Shown: positions 33,630 through 46,109, counted from the stretch's first letter. The stretch: DNA of 64,000 nt from an uncultured Nitrososphaerales archaeon (GCA_963713605.1 CAVQMO010000001.1:576001-640000); one strand, 5' to 3'. Numbers and translations are program-made. The notes: generated from the sequence alone by a model not told the origin.

Positions 33630-34484
33630 CAGATTTGAATAACCACTCGGAGATTAATGCTACAATTAACGAGTAATTAGTGAACTTTTATTTGAATGCA
33701 TCAGGCCTGTAACCTAACTCTTGTAAGTGAAAAACAATAAAATAATGGAGGAAGTCATCTTTCGTCATTCGAGGGCTTTAGTCTTGTGAAATACAGAAGC
33801 CCGAAAGTTTTTTTCCTATTTTATCTTATTGAGACCTACCAGCCATTAAATGATTTTGTATCATAAGTTTGGGTCGTTAGTTAAATGTGTTCAATTTACA
33901 CCTCTTATTTGTTTTTCTTACAGTGGAAACGACCAGAAATATTATACACTCAATCACGCAAATGAGAGTAAGATTCTACTTCCTTCAAATCAGATATATG
34001 AAGAGGGTTTAGTTTGTATTCTTATTTTAGAGGTAAAATTGGATAAGTAACGTGCTCTCCTCCTTTAGCAACAGTATGGGAGAGGAAAGGAGCCAAAGTA
34101 TGGATTTTCATTGCACATGATTCTACTCTGCAAGAGAACTATTCTTAAAATTTATCCTAAAAATAAACATTAGATAGTTCTATCCCTAGTGGTTGCACTA
34201 GAAGCAATAAGCTTAGATATTCTGGAGTCACTGCCTATCATTGACGTGATCCAGCCTGGTAGCTTTTTGACATCAGTACTTCCTTTTCACAACATTTAGA
34301 ATATTTAATAGTCATTATGGTCGAAATGTTTGTCTTTATGAACTGGCTAAATCGCGCTTCTACAAATTAGTGCGTGTACCTGAATATTCCTTTTGAACGA
34401 GATAAGAAATACCAATTTTGATTTTGCAAAGCAATCAAATCAATTCTAAACTTTGTAAGCGGTTTGGGCTGCAAATCATTTTTT

Positions 34485-34841
34485 TCAGCTGCCAAGCATC
34501 TTCCCTGCCTTGTTCTCCGACCTGCGCAGCCAACAAAGTTCGAATTTGTCAAATTTTTTTTCGAGGACCCAAACTTTGGTAGCAAGTTTTCTTAAGCTTT
34601 CATTATTTATCCCATATTTATGATTGATTTGATTCACCACTAATTGGCTATCCGAGAGTATCACAATTTGACTGTCTTTATTAACAACATTGTTGAGCGC
34701 AGATATGACAGCCAAATACTCTGCCTCATTATTGGAAATACCTTCATGATGTTCCATATGAGACTCTCCTGTCTCATCTATTAAATAGCCATACCTAAAG
34801 TAAGGACTACCGCTACCATCCACATAAATATGTAAAACCAC
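34485..34841 (-). CDS. rnhA: Ribonuclease HI family protein
   Basis: YVDGS, SNNEAEY.AV, SDSQLVVNQ, RSENKA. Confidence 0.88.
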   Translation of the reverse strand: MVLHIYVDGSGSPYFRYGYLIDETGESHMEHHEGISNNEAEYLAVISALNNVVNKDSQIVILSDSQLVVNQINHKYGINNESLRKLATKVWVLEKKFDKFELCWLRRSENKAGKMLGS

Positions 34842-35092
34842 TTGAACCGTTCATTTCAATAACCCAGATACGATATATAGTTATGTTTGACCAATCTCCA
34901 ACAAGAAAAAAGTGGTATGAATTAGCTGTGAATAGCAAACCAAATGACACTAAATGAGGTTTAATTTCTAGCATTTTATATGGGTTAACGATATTGTTAC
35001 ATTATGGGCTCATTTAGTATGAGACCCGAGATATAGATTGTTTTCAGTTAAGAGGACGATAACTTAATAGCCAATTTGTTCTATTCTGCATC

Positions 35093-35972
35093 ATGAATTC
35101 CAAATCAGATGTTCAACTCCTTAGACAAAAAATTTTGAACCCGAATGAATTTCTAGTGTTGCCTGGGGTATTTGACGCGTTGAGTGCTCGAATCACTGAG
35201 ATTACAGGCTTCGACGCTATTTTTCAAACTGGTTATGGGTCAGCAGCGACTGTACTAGGTATGCCAGATTATGGATTCCTGAATGCCGGAGAAACTATGG
35301 ACAATGCACGAAAAATCGTCCGAGCAGTGGATATTCCTGTTATAGTGGATATCGATACTGGATATGGTAACCCACTTACCGTGTGGCGTATTGTAAAAGA
35401 TCTCGAATCGATGGGTGCCTCTGGAGTCTTTTTAGAGGATCAAGTGTGGCCGAAGCGGTGTGGTCACATGGCAGGAAAGGAAATAATTTCAGTCGATGAA
35501 TATTTGCTGAAGCTAACCGCTGCGATCGACGCTCGAGATGACAAGGACTTCATTGTAGTTGCTAGGACTGATGCTCGTGCCACGTCTGGCTTGGATGAGG
35601 CTATAGAACGTGGTAGAGAATACTTGAAATCTGGTGCAGATGTCATCTTCATCGAAGACTCCTAGATCGATAGAGGAGCTAAAGGAAATTGGTAGCAAGA
35701 TTAATGCCCCGTTAGTGGCTAACATGATCGAGGGAGGCATGACGCCAAACTTGACTGCATCAGAGCTTCATAACTTGGGCTTCAGCATCGGTGTTTTTCC
35801 CCTCTCAGGTTTATTCGCTTCAGCGTTTGCTATGAAAAAAGTCTTCGAAGAGCTTCATAGATCAGGTAGTACATCTAGAGAAAGGGAAAAAATGATAACA
35901 TTTGAAGAATTCAATAGACTTGTAAACCTACAAAAGTATATAGATCTAGAACATAAATATACTACTCGTTAG
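35093..35972 (+). CDS. prpB: Isocitrate lyase/PEP mutase family, 2-methylisocitrate lyase-like; +1 indel at ~35658
   Basis: DIDTGYG, EDQVWPKRCGH, ARTDA, ANMIEGG. Confidence 0.85.
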
Positions 35973-36061
35973 GAATCCAAAGACTTAGTTCTATTAATGG
36001 TAATGGTAATAAATATTGAGGTTACTGTCGGGCTGCAAAGGAATACCGAGGTCATCCTAAA

Positions 36062-36958
36062 ATGAGAATCGCACATGTAAATAATACAGCCGGGATCGCG
36101 TCCATTTTGAGCAGGCATCAGCGATTGTTGGGAAATGAAGCCGACGTGTTTGTTTTTAACAAATTTCTGCATAGGCAATTCGGAGGAGAAAAGGTACGTT
36201 ACTATTTTCCATTATCAAGATGGAAATTCTTGAAGAAACTGCAAGGATATGATATATGGCACTATCACTATCCTTACGGGTCCCTAAGGAGAGCCCTGGA
36301 GAAACGAAAAGAAAACAGGATCTACCTTAAGCATTACCATGGAGATGACTTGAGAGGAAAATATGATAGTGATTTTTGTCTGGTCTCAACCCCTGATTTA
36401 TTGGAGTTTGCGCCCAACGCCGAATGGTTTCCTACTCCATTGGATCTAGAACACCTTGTCTATGCTCCACGCAATTTCGATGGCTTAAGTCCCTCTAGAA
36501 AGCCAATCATTGCCCACTATCCTCACTACCGGTTGTACCAGAAGTACGAAGATCTATACTCAAACACGCTTCAACACCTACAAAAGGAAGGCAAATGTGA
36601 GATAGAAACTATATTTGACATCCCCCGCAGCGACGTTCTGAAAATCCTCTCTTCGTGTGATCTTGTTGTCGGGAAAATATTACCCCAAATCGGATGGTTC
36701 GGAAAATTCGAATTAGAAGCTATGGCATTAGGCAAACCGGTAGTCGCCTACGTTAGTTCGGACCTATTTCAGCGCTATGACCCGCCGGTTTACAGAACAA
36801 CTAAAGATACATTCAAGAGCGATTTAGAATCTATCTTAGTTGACATCGAGGAGCAGCGCAAGTTGTCCAAAGCAGGGCGGCTATACGTTGAAAAATATCA
36901 TTCAGCAAGAAACCTTCTAAAGCAACTGGACCGGGCGTACTCTCAGAGCCAACAATAA
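36062..36958 (+). CDS. Glycosyltransferase (GT4-like)
   Basis: FGKFELEAMALGKPVV. Confidence 0.85.
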   Translation: MRIAHVNNTAGIASILSRHQRLLGNEADVFVFNKFLHRQFGGEKVRYYFPLSRWKFLKKLQGYDIWHYHYPYGSLRRALEKRKENRIYLKHYHGDDLRGKYDSDFCLVSTPDLLEFAPNAEWFPTPLDLEHLVYAPRNFDGLSPSRKPIIAHYPHYRLYQKYEDLYSNTLQHLQKEGKCEIETIFDIPRSDVLKILSSCDLVVGKILPQIGWFGKFELEAMALGKPVVAYVSSDLFQRYDPPVYRTTKDTFKSDLESILVDIEEQRKLSKAGRLYVEKYHSARNLLKQLDRAYSQSQQ

Positions 36959-37005
36959 TAAATACCATCTGGCATATTGGACTTGAAAAAGAGAATACCA
37001 ATCAA

Positions 37006-38221
37006 ATGAACCTTCTTCCATTGCTGACTCTCCGGTACGACCCCATGGACAATTATGTTCCTACTTTTAGATTAAGAGATGTTTCTATTGCAGATGTCTC
37101 TAAAACTTATTCAAAACGGAATCTAGTTTCTGTTCGTATTCTGGAGAACAAAATCAGGTCTGCAATTAGAAGAGAGGTAGACAAATTTCGCCAAAATAAG
37201 ACTCTGTGTAGCATTGAGTGCTGGTGTAGACTCTAACCTAATCCTGTGTCTGTTACGTGATGAATTTCCTAGTTTAGAGTTGGAATGCATTAACGTAAGT
37301 TTTGATGAAAAGAACGAGGCCCTTGAAGCCAAGAAGATTTCAGAAAAGAAAGGTGCAGGTTTCCACCAAGTTTATGTGGAAAATCCCCTTCGCGACTTGC
37401 CTGCGATGATAAACATCATAAGGGAACCGAGATGGAATGTTTACCAGTACTACTTTATAAAGAAAGCAAAGTCTATCTCTAATTTGTTGTTCACGGGAGA
37501 CGGAGGTGATGAAGTCTTTGCCGGTTATGCCTTTCGATACAAGAAATTTCTCCAAGCATGCGACCGAAATACAAACACCTTTGAACGAGTAAAGTTGTAC
37601 CTATCTTGCCATGAAAGGGATTGGGTCCCCGATCAACATGAAATGTTTGCTGAGGAGTTGAAGTTCAACTGGTCTTCTATCTACTCCCTTCTCACACCAT
37701 ATTTCAGCAATAACCTAGGGCCATTGGATCAGGTAATGTTGGCCGACTACAATGGCAAACTTATGCATGATTTTGTGCCAACCAACGACAAATATTTCCG
37801 TTCCTTTAAACTGCAAGGAATTTCCCCTCTGTTAGATAACGATGTCGTGGAGCTTGGATTCGATTTGCCTTCAGAAATGAAATACAATACCGATTCTAAC
37901 GTAGGAAAACTTCCACTACGTGAAATTCTACAACTTTATGCCTCAGATTCTGACAAGAAAATGAATGTGAAAGTTGGATATGGCATGGATCTTGTAAATC
38001 TTTGGAATAGCTGCGGCAAAGAAACGGTTACCATGCTATTGGATAAAGGACGTATATTCGAGGACAGACTCATAGATAAAAATTGGTACTTTAGGTCGCT
38101 CAAGCGAATCGACGAAAATGATGATCTTAGGTATATCAGCAAGCTGTTGCAGATTCTAAGCCTAGAGGTATGGTATAGGATATTTGTGACTTCCGAAATG
38201 AATCCCTCGCACCATGTATGA
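37006..38221 (+). CDS. Asparagine-synthetase-type ATP-dependent amidoligase (synthetase domain only); indel at ~37197
   Basis: ALSAGVDS, FTGDGGDEVFAGY, SPLLD, GKLPLRE; no N-terminal Ntn glutaminase domain. Confidence 0.85.
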
Positions 38222-39887
38222 AAGTGTCAGTAGGAATTTGGGATCACGTCTTGATGAGATGTCACTACAAGAGGGCAAATTCCACTCAAGAGCGGTTTAT
38301 TTGAATTTGCATAATTCTTTATTGGAAAACAAACTTTCGTTGTGTACAATTAGGGTCTTTTCTCGAAAGGATCTTCCCTTTTACCTGATCGTTTTCTTCT
38401 CCGGTATATTTTTGAAGATTGCTGCCGAATTAATTGCTTATCCATATCCAATAGGTTATGATGTCATAAATTACTATATCCCGATGTTATCGAACTTTGA
38501 AAATCAATGGAATACCATATTAAGAGATTATCCATTTTATACTTACGTTCTTCACCTGGTACAGGATTTAACAGGTTTGTCAGTACAAACTACTGTTTCT
38601 ACGTTTGCAACTCTTGTTTTCGGTCTTTTTGCGGTATCAGTCTTTTCATTAGGAAAGGCTATAATTAAAAAAAGTAACCTTTCTGCAGTACTGCTTTCAT
38701 TATTTGTTATTGTGCAAATCCCAGTTCTAAGAACGGCTTGGGACTTGCACAGGGATATGTTCTCGCTAACTATGATGTTTTTTGCCATTTCGATCTTAAT
38801 ACAATTAAGAAACACCCATCCCAGCAGATTCCCTTCTCTAACCATAGTATCTTGTCTATCATTTACTGTACTTTCGGTTATCTCTGATAGAATGGTTGGG
38901 GCTTGGCTTATTGTTGTCTACTGCATTTGTATCGTACGCTACAGAGAGAGGATAGTAGCAATAAGTCTTACAGTGGCCTTAGTATCATTTATCTTATTAT
39001 TATTATTTGTTACCGGTGATGGATATTCAATAATTAGCTCCTCGATCCGTGGTATTGCAAATGTAGATATGGATCCTCAAATTTTTGGCAAACAAGGAAC
39101 GATAAATGATAGTTACAACCAAATTAATCTTTTTTCTTATTTCGTAGCTCTTAACATTTTGCTTGTTCCTTTGGCAATTGTCGGTTATTTTCAATTGAAA
39201 GAGTCGTTATTGAAGGTCAGCCTCTTCGTTGCTCTGGTGGGCTCAATGACCTGGCTAGTGTTTCCTTACGCAAGGGAATTGGTGGCAGATAGATGGATCT
39301 TGCTCTTCGGAATATCCCTTTCGATCTTTGCAGGATACGGATTTGTTAGAACCATCCAAATGGTATCAGCCAGGATAAGAAATACCTACCTATATATTCT
39401 AGTTTCAGCTGCGATTTTTCTTTTTTTTGCACAGTTTGGAATCCTATATGCCGTGCTTCCATATGAAGCACAGGTTTCAATTATTGGTCTTTTTGATAAG
39501 AACATCCAAGATTTTGCTCCAAAATCTATGCAATTCAATTCAGTCAAAGTCGATCAATCCCCTATGATTTTATACGTGCTCAATTGGATAAATGAAAACA
39601 CATCTGCACATTCGACAGTCGTGGGGAGTAGTGACTGGAGAGGTTGGTTCATTTCAGGACTAGCAGGAAATAGAAGTTTTGTCGGCTATGATATGCTAGA
39701 GGATTTGTCCAAGGCTTCGACCTACACGCCAAACGATCAAACGTATCTAATTGGTACGAAAGAAAGCGATGATTCCATGCGTCACAGGACGAATTCCGTA
39801 TTTGATGGAATAAAAGTTTACTCAAATAGCCTGTTTACCGTTTACAGGATATTGGAATTCCCCAAAAATGTGACTCTTGTTCATTAG
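38214..39887 (+). CDS. Polytopic membrane protein, GT-C-like
   Basis: About 11-12 TM helices, PIGYD loop after TM1, soluble C-terminus; located in glycan locus. Confidence 0.7.
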   Translation: MYESVSRNLGSRLDEMSLQEGKFHSRAVYLNLHNSLLENKLSLCTIRVFSRKDLPFYLIVFFSGIFLKIAAELIAYPYPIGYDVINYYIPMLSNFENQWNTILRDYPFYTYVLHLVQDLTGLSVQTTVSTFATLVFGLFAVSVFSLGKAIIKKSNLSAVLLSLFVIVQIPVLRTAWDLHRDMFSLTMMFFAISILIQLRNTHPSRFPSLTIVSCLSFTVLSVISDRMVGAWLIVVYCICIVRYRERIVAISLTVALVSFILLLLFVTGDGYSIISSSIRGIANVDMDPQIFGKQGTINDSYNQINLFSYFVALNILLVPLAIVGYFQLKESLLKVSLFVALVGSMTWLVFPYARELVADRWILLFGISLSIFAGYGFVRTIQMVSARIRNTYLYILVSAAIFLFFAQFGILYAVLPYEAQVSIIGLFDKNIQDFAPKSMQFNSVKVDQSPMILYVLNWINENTSAHSTVVGSSDWRGWFISGLAGNRSFVGYDMLEDLSKASTYTPNDQTYLIGTKESDDSMRHRTNSVFDGIKVYSNSLFTVYRILEFPKNVTLVH

Positions 39888-39965
39888 GCGTCAGTATTGA
39901 TGTATGAAATCTATCACATCCGAGATAAGTAATGTATTTTAACGGTATTCTGCTCTATATGAAGT

Positions 39966-40484
39966 GTGGATTCTAAATCCCTGATGAAATCTTTAGCCAG
40001 TAACTGGACCAGGAGACGATGGCTAGATTTTCGAAATGGTCATAGTATTTATCTAATATTTTTGATGACTTTTGCAAATTTCGTCGTGATACAATACGGC
40101 CTTCTCATTGACCAAGTACCTTATTTAAAGAGCCTATTCGAAAGTATCTGGATTTTCGCAGTCGTATTTGTTTCCGCGTATGTACCCGTAGCAATCGTCA
40201 TTGGGTATTGGCACCGCAAGACTCAATGGAGAGTGGAACAACAGGCCTTATTTAAGGAGAACGAAATTGGGGCGACAATGTGGTTGTTTGTCATAGATCT
40301 TATTGACGGTAAGGTTTCTGAGGAGGAAAAAAAGCAAATGAGGGATATGCTACATAAAATTGTACGAAAGCCACCCAGGGCGACCGAACAAACTGGAAAT
40401 CAGAAGCAAGATCGCGTTGATGGACCTGCCGAAGCTAGCATCTCTGATTATAAGGAACCACGAATCGAACAAGGACAGAAATAG
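39966..40484 (+). CDS. Hypothetical two-TM membrane protein
   Basis: RRRWLDFRNGHSIYL followed by two TM helices. Confidence 0.75.
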   Translation: MDSKSLMKSLASNWTRRRWLDFRNGHSIYLIFLMTFANFVVIQYGLLIDQVPYLKSLFESIWIFAVVFVSAYVPVAIVIGYWHRKTQWRVEQQALFKENEIGATMWLFVIDLIDGKVSEEEKKQMRDMLHKIVRKPPRATEQTGNQKQDRVDGPAEASISDYKEPRIEQGQK

Positions 40485-40729
40485 CATTTCTGTTTATGGA
40501 CCTCAGGTTACGGCGATAGAGGCCTTGATCAAGTGTGGATTTCGGCCGCTTATAAGCGACACAATAAGGCCGGAATCAACATTTTAGCCATTAAAAACAT
40601 CTTAACTCCTCAGCTATAAAATAACTCGACGTTTAAGGACATGTTCAAACCCATGGAATTGAATCCGATATTAGATGAGTTACTCATAGTAGATTTATTA
40701 ATTGAGTTCAATATTGAGCATCCATACAT

Positions 40730-41900
40730 TTGAGGGTGTTACACGTATCTCATGAAGGTCTACCAGATTGGCGAGTAGAAAAGTCTGCGATCACTGGTTT
40801 GAAGCTTGGTTACAGAGTAAGCTTTGCGGGTAAACCAGGGAATAATACCAACGGAACTAATTTTGCTAAGATTTATGAGATTGAATGGAATAGCAAAGCT
40901 CGACTCGGCATCCCTTACTACTGGCAGCAGGCGAAAAAGCAATTGCAGAAAATTCTGAAACAAGAAGCCCCAGACATCGTCCATTCACACAATCTATATT
41001 CTGCAAAGCTAATTTCAGAACTCGGGGTACCCTTTGTCTTCGATGACCATGAATATTGGTCTATGTCATCGAAAATACTTCTTGAGATGGATTATCAACC
41101 ATTCCAATCTAGCGTCAGAACCCAAAGTGACAATCAAACCTGAGATGTCCAAAATTTCGATTAAGAGGAGGTTGAATAGAATAAGAAGACGCTTAATCGA
41201 TCGTTATGCGATCCGTATATGGACTGAATGGGAGATAGAACTCATTTCCACTGCCCCAGTTATTGTGGTTTCCGAAACAATCGCAAAGGATTACCGGCGT
41301 CTAGCGGTGAACGCTAGGTCGTTTCTCGTCCCGAATTATCCTATCTTGTCAGAAGTAGAAGCAATAGGTTCCCCCAAGTATCAAACTCAAGTTGATTGTA
41401 TTTATTCAGGAGGTGACGGCAACGATAAGGTCATGTATCCTCAAAGGCGAATGGACGGACTATTCGAGCTATTTGAGAATGATAAGAGATTCCCCTTGAC
41501 GATTGCGGGTTGGTCCGATTCCTCTTTCCCCAATCTGAGATTTCTCGGGTTCTTGTCACGCTCAGAAATGTTCGCTGAAATGTCAAGACACACTGTGGGC
41601 CTCCTGCCTTGGAAGAAGCACTGGGCGCACTACTATACGAATCCAAACAAACCATATGAGTACGCACATGCTGGGTTGGCAGTAGTTTGTACTTCATCTA
41701 TTCATCCCGTAATCGAATCACTCCAAGATTGCTGTGTGAAGTTTGATGATTATCCAGATTTAGTGATTAAGCTAGACTTTTTGCAACAGCACCCTGAGGA
41801 ACTTCACATTTTGCGAAAACGAACGCGAGAATTAGCAAGAGAAAAGCTAACATGGGAGAAGCACGAGAATCAAATTATTAGTGCATATAAGGCCTGCTGA
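40730..41900 (+). CDS. Glycosyltransferase (GT4-like), indel at ~41120
   Basis: PDWRVEK, PDIVHSHN, FDDHEY, PNKPYEYAHAGL. Confidence 0.85.
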
Positions 41901-42033
41901 CGGCTTTAGAGCAATTGAACATCCATCCATATGATTATGAGCTGGAACCTGTTATTTCCTTCCTGTGATTTAGGTTAAGGAAACCTTAGCTTTACTGATA
42001 GAACTTTAATTAGTCTTGCATCGACCCACTTCT

Positions 42034-42895
42034 ATGGGTACGTATTTCGCGATTGTTACTTGTAGGAATTCTAAGGATGAGATCCATGCTCGCTCTAACG
42101 TCATTAAGAGATCAGACATTAGCTCCAGAGTATGTGATTGTTGTGGATGATGGGTCGACAGACAAAACTTCGGAGATTTTGGCTCAGATAAAGCAAAACT
42201 GGCAATCACTCCATGTCATCACACATAATGACCTGGGTTATGATATTAGCAGAGTCGTGAGGAATTGGAACGAAGCCATCACATACTCGAGAAGCAAGAC
42301 GCTTACACATACAACCTATCACATGATTGCAACAGATGATACAACTTATCCACCTGGGTATGCTAAGCAGTTAGTCGATTTTATGGATAATAATTCCAAT
42401 ATTGCCATCGCGTCAGGTAATTACACGAAATACGTGCCTGAAAAGCCCCATGGTGCCGGGAGATTTGTACGAAACACATTTTTCGAACAGACTCACTGGG
42501 GAGGACTATATCCTGAATTAATGGGATATGAGTCAGCGATACTCTATGAGTCAGAACGGCTCGGGTACTGCTATGCAATACTAACTGACGCTAAGTTTCA
42601 ACACTCTAGACCTCTGGGAAAACATCACAAGTTCTATGAATTTGGTGCGAGCATGAAGACACTGGGATATCACCCGGTCTTTGTATGGGGGAGATTTGCG
42701 AAGTATCTAGCAACTGGCGAGGTAACTGGGAGGATTGGAGCATTCAATATGTTATATTACTACTTCTCATACAAACCAAAATTGGTTGGTTATGATCGGC
42801 TGTATGATAATCAGCTACGAAACTTCGTCAGGGAAATTCAAAAAAGAAGAATGCTTTCTGCCATATCTGGGAGGAAGCGTCAGAAAAATCGCTAG
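42034..42895 (+). CDS. Glycosyltransferase family 2, +1 indel at ~42091
   Basis: ATG 42034 MGTYFAIVTCRNS; IVVDDGSTD; ATDD. Confidence 0.85.
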
Positions 42896-43342
42896 AAAAG
42901 ATACTTACTATTTCCTCTCGGCCTGCTTTGCATTCTATTATTCTGAGCCTCGTTCCGTTTACAGTCCTTTGGATTAGATCGATTTTTTTCAATCGTAAGA
43001 TTGTCGGGCAACATAATTCCAATTTGAGATCGTATGAGCTAGGTGGATTTTAGGTAGTGATCATCTTTGAAAATCATTCTTAGTCCAATCACCAGATCTT
43101 AAATATTTCCACCATGTGAAGCACTTCACAATTTTCCGCTGTTTAGGTGCTTTCAGTTGTAAATGGATTGTTACGACGGAGGTGGCTTAAAGTCCAGTGA
43201 GCAAGTATCTATTTAGGGAAAGAAAAGACTAGCAATGGCTAGTTCTAAAAATCTAAAATCATTTCAAATATATTTATATTGCAAATATGAATTGTGCAAC
43301 ATTGGTCAGCATTCAACAATCCACGGGATTAGCCGGCTTGAA

Positions 43343-44407
43343 TTATAGTGCATTTACAAATCTGTTCATCTTAGCCAGACTGACCTCAAATCCAAATCTA
43401 GCTTCTTCTCTTTTCATATTCTGGTACATGTTCATCATTAATTTAAAATGTCTTATCATATTCAATGATGACTCCATTTTAAGTCGGATAATTCGGTAAA
43501 CATCATCATAATATCTAAACCGTTTGAGAACTCTGGCAGAGTACTGCTTGAAATCAAATCTTTCTCCAGGTTTGTTGCATCTAGCAAGCTCGTGCAAGAA
43601 AATATCACAACATATTAGAGATGGAATGATTCCCTCTCCAAGCATTGGAAACACACAGCCGATAGACTCTCCAACACCAACGATATTATTCCAATAGAAT
43701 GGTTGCATTCTTCGAGGAGGAGCCAATCGTATCGGCCTTCCTATTTTTTTTCTGATACTGCATTCTGGATGTCTAGCCATGAACTCGGCAATCCCATAAT
43801 ATCTCCTGTCCAAATCTCCGGCACCAACAAAAGCTTCTCCATTACTTAGGGGGAAGCACCAGAAGTAACCTCGAGCACCTTTGTATCCAATCACATAAAA
43901 ATCATCAATGTCCTTGATATTTTCAACTAAATATTCGTAAGCGGGTATAATAAAGTCCTCTTCAGATCTTGGCAACAGCGACCGATGGAATCCGGTGCAG
44001 TCAATTACCAAATCACATTCCGACAATAGTGGGCTTTCCAAAGTACATTTCATTCCGTAAGAAACCTTAATGCCTCGAAGTAGATCTGATTCCCATTTAC
44101 GTTTGTTATAGGTAACCAAACCCTTAAGCTCTAAGTATTCCACTTTGTTTCCCGGAAGGTCGAGCCTTAGTGTACGTCCAGTATGAGTAATATACTCGCT
44201 AAATTCAAGCCCCGCTTGCTCCGAGAATTTTGCAAGCATGTTCTTTGACCCCCCCCATGCGCATATTGGCCAATGTGCTCCCTCGTCATTGGTTTCATAC
44301 ACCTCAATTTCATGGCCCGTCTTTGATATCATATTTGCCAGATAACTTCCGGCGACACCAGCACCAACGATCGCAATGCGCATACATTTGATCTTCCTAG
44401 GTTGCAT
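43343..44407 (-). CDS. FAD-dependent oxidoreductase, geranylgeranyl reductase family
   Basis: IVGAGVAG, GYFWCFP, VGESIGCVFPMLGEGI. Confidence 0.85.
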   Translation of the reverse strand: MQPRKIKCMRIAIVGAGVAGSYLANMISKTGHEIEVYETNDEGAHWPICAWGGSKNMLAKFSEQAGLEFSEYITHTGRTLRLDLPGNKVEYLELKGLVTYNKRKWESDLLRGIKVSYGMKCTLESPLLSECDLVIDCTGFHRSLLPRSEEDFIIPAYEYLVENIKDIDDFYVIGYKGARGYFWCFPLSNGEAFVGAGDLDRRYYGIAEFMARHPECSIRKKIGRPIRLAPPRRMQPFYWNNIVGVGESIGCVFPMLGEGIIPSLICCDIFLHELARCNKPGERFDFKQYSARVLKRFRYYDDVYRIIRLKMESSLNMIRHFKLMMNMYQNMKREEARFGFEVSLAKMNRFVNAL

Positions 44408-44677
44408 CTAAAAACCTATCCCATAAGTTTTCTTCATTCTACCTAGAGATTAAAAATACTGCACCTGTTGAGCGGACTCGCATAGTAGTACCGTTCGCCA
44501 ACTTAACTTGGAATAAGATGGGATTGAATTACGAACGGTTTCACAACTTCAGTATTTCTTGAGCAAGAAACATAAGAACAATGACATAATTAAATACTTA
44601 TATTCGATAGACAAGAAGCAGAGACTTAGTACATATCGGAGGTTCGCATATATAGGATATCTGCTAGCGTTTTTTGA

Positions 44678-45454
44678 ATGAAACGAACTATTGTGTCATA
44701 CATGGTAGCAACAATTCTGTCACTAATGGCAATTGGTGGCCTAGCGATGCCTTCATTGCCAATAATGGCACAGGTACAACCGGTAGCAACTAACGCCGCA
44801 TGTGGACAGGTTGTCAGCGGATTGGTAAACCTAACAGCAAATCTTGACTGTAGCGGAGACGGTCTCATTATTGGTGGCGATAATACGGTGATAAACATGA
44901 ACGGATACTCAATCACTGGACCTGGTCCTGATAGCTCTAAGGTTGGAATAATGGTTCCCAACAACGATAACGTCGTCATTAACGGGCCAGGTTCGATAAG
45001 TAACTTCCAAGCTGGCGTCCTTGTTACGGGTGCCAACGGAATGAAGATGTCATCTCTGATATTAGACAGTAATCAAATCGGCGTATTCATGACAGGTTCT
45101 GAGAATACGGAGATACAACAGAATATTGTTAAACAAAACAATCTTGGTGTGGCTACACATTCTAGCTCAGGCGCTACATTGACCTCCAACTTGATGAGCG
45201 GAAATATTCTTGCAGGAATTACGTATGTGAATACCAAACAATCTGAGGTTTCAATGAACAATATTGACGGAAGCCAAAATGGCGCATTCTTTGATGCACA
45301 GAGCTCAGGGAATAGCGTCGTGGCAAATAATGTTCTAGAAAATGTCATCGATGTGAACAATGCCAACGGCCTGCCACCTAACATAAACAACAACCAGTTT
45401 ATCGACAACAATTGCCAAGTAAGCAATCCAAGCGGGATCTGTATAGGCAGATAG
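44678..45454 (+). CDS. Secreted right-handed beta-helix (NosD-like) protein
   Basis: Signal peptide; AACG..LTANLDC; paralogue of 23896-24702. Confidence 0.85.
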   Translation: MKRTIVSYMVATILSLMAIGGLAMPSLPIMAQVQPVATNAACGQVVSGLVNLTANLDCSGDGLIIGGDNTVINMNGYSITGPGPDSSKVGIMVPNNDNVVINGPGSISNFQAGVLVTGANGMKMSSLILDSNQIGVFMTGSENTEIQQNIVKQNNLGVATHSSSGATLTSNLMSGNILAGITYVNTKQSEVSMNNIDGSQNGAFFDAQSSGNSVVANNVLENVIDVNNANGLPPNINNNQFIDNNCQVSNPSGICIGR

Positions 45455-45611
45455 GTAATATCTGCTGACAGACAGAAAAGGTGATCAAATTCACCATAAT
45501 TTTTTTATAATATTTTGACTATTCGAGTATCCGAGAATATTATTCTAACTGTACTTTCCAATAGAATAGAAGGTAGAAATAAATAAATCTAATGACAAAT
45601 CTTGTTCATCA

Positions 45612-46109
45612 ATGAACAAATTTACGAAGCGATCAGTCATAATGACCTTAATGGGTTTTGCTATTATAGCTACAGTTTCGAGCATGCAGCTTATACCAAA
45701 TCTCTATGTCCCAAGCGTTCATGCACAACAGATTCCTATGACTTCGTCTAATTCTACAAATCTTTCTCCATTATCCAACTTGAGCATGGCGGATCAAACA
45801 GGAGAGTCTCTAATAAAGTCATTTGGTCCCCAGTCGCAAATGCAAGCCGTGATTAGGGAGTTAGAAAATACAAACGCGACTAGTTTTGCCGCACGTCAGC
45901 AGATTGAAACACTTACTAATGAAACGGCTGACAATATGTCCAATAATACTGGATTGACAGGAATAGAGAACATGACCGGCGGGGATGCAGCTAATGACAC
46001 AGCTATGAGGGCCGTTATCGACCAGACCGTAAATACTAATGCGACAGGATTTGCGGCAGATAACGTAATAAACATGACAAGTCCTGAGTCTGCCGGCCCT
46101 CAAGGCTAG
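45612..46109 (+). CDS. Secreted low-complexity protein with many N-glycosylation sequons
   Basis: Signal peptide ending VHAQQ; NxS/T sites; internal repeat M.AVI....NTNAT.FAA twice. Confidence 0.75.
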   Translation: MNKFTKRSVIMTLMGFAIIATVSSMQLIPNLYVPSVHAQQIPMTSSNSTNLSPLSNLSMADQTGESLIKSFGPQSQMQAVIRELENTNATSFAARQQIETLTNETADNMSNNTGLTGIENMTGGDAANDTAMRAVIDQTVNTNATGFAADNVINMTSPESAGPQG

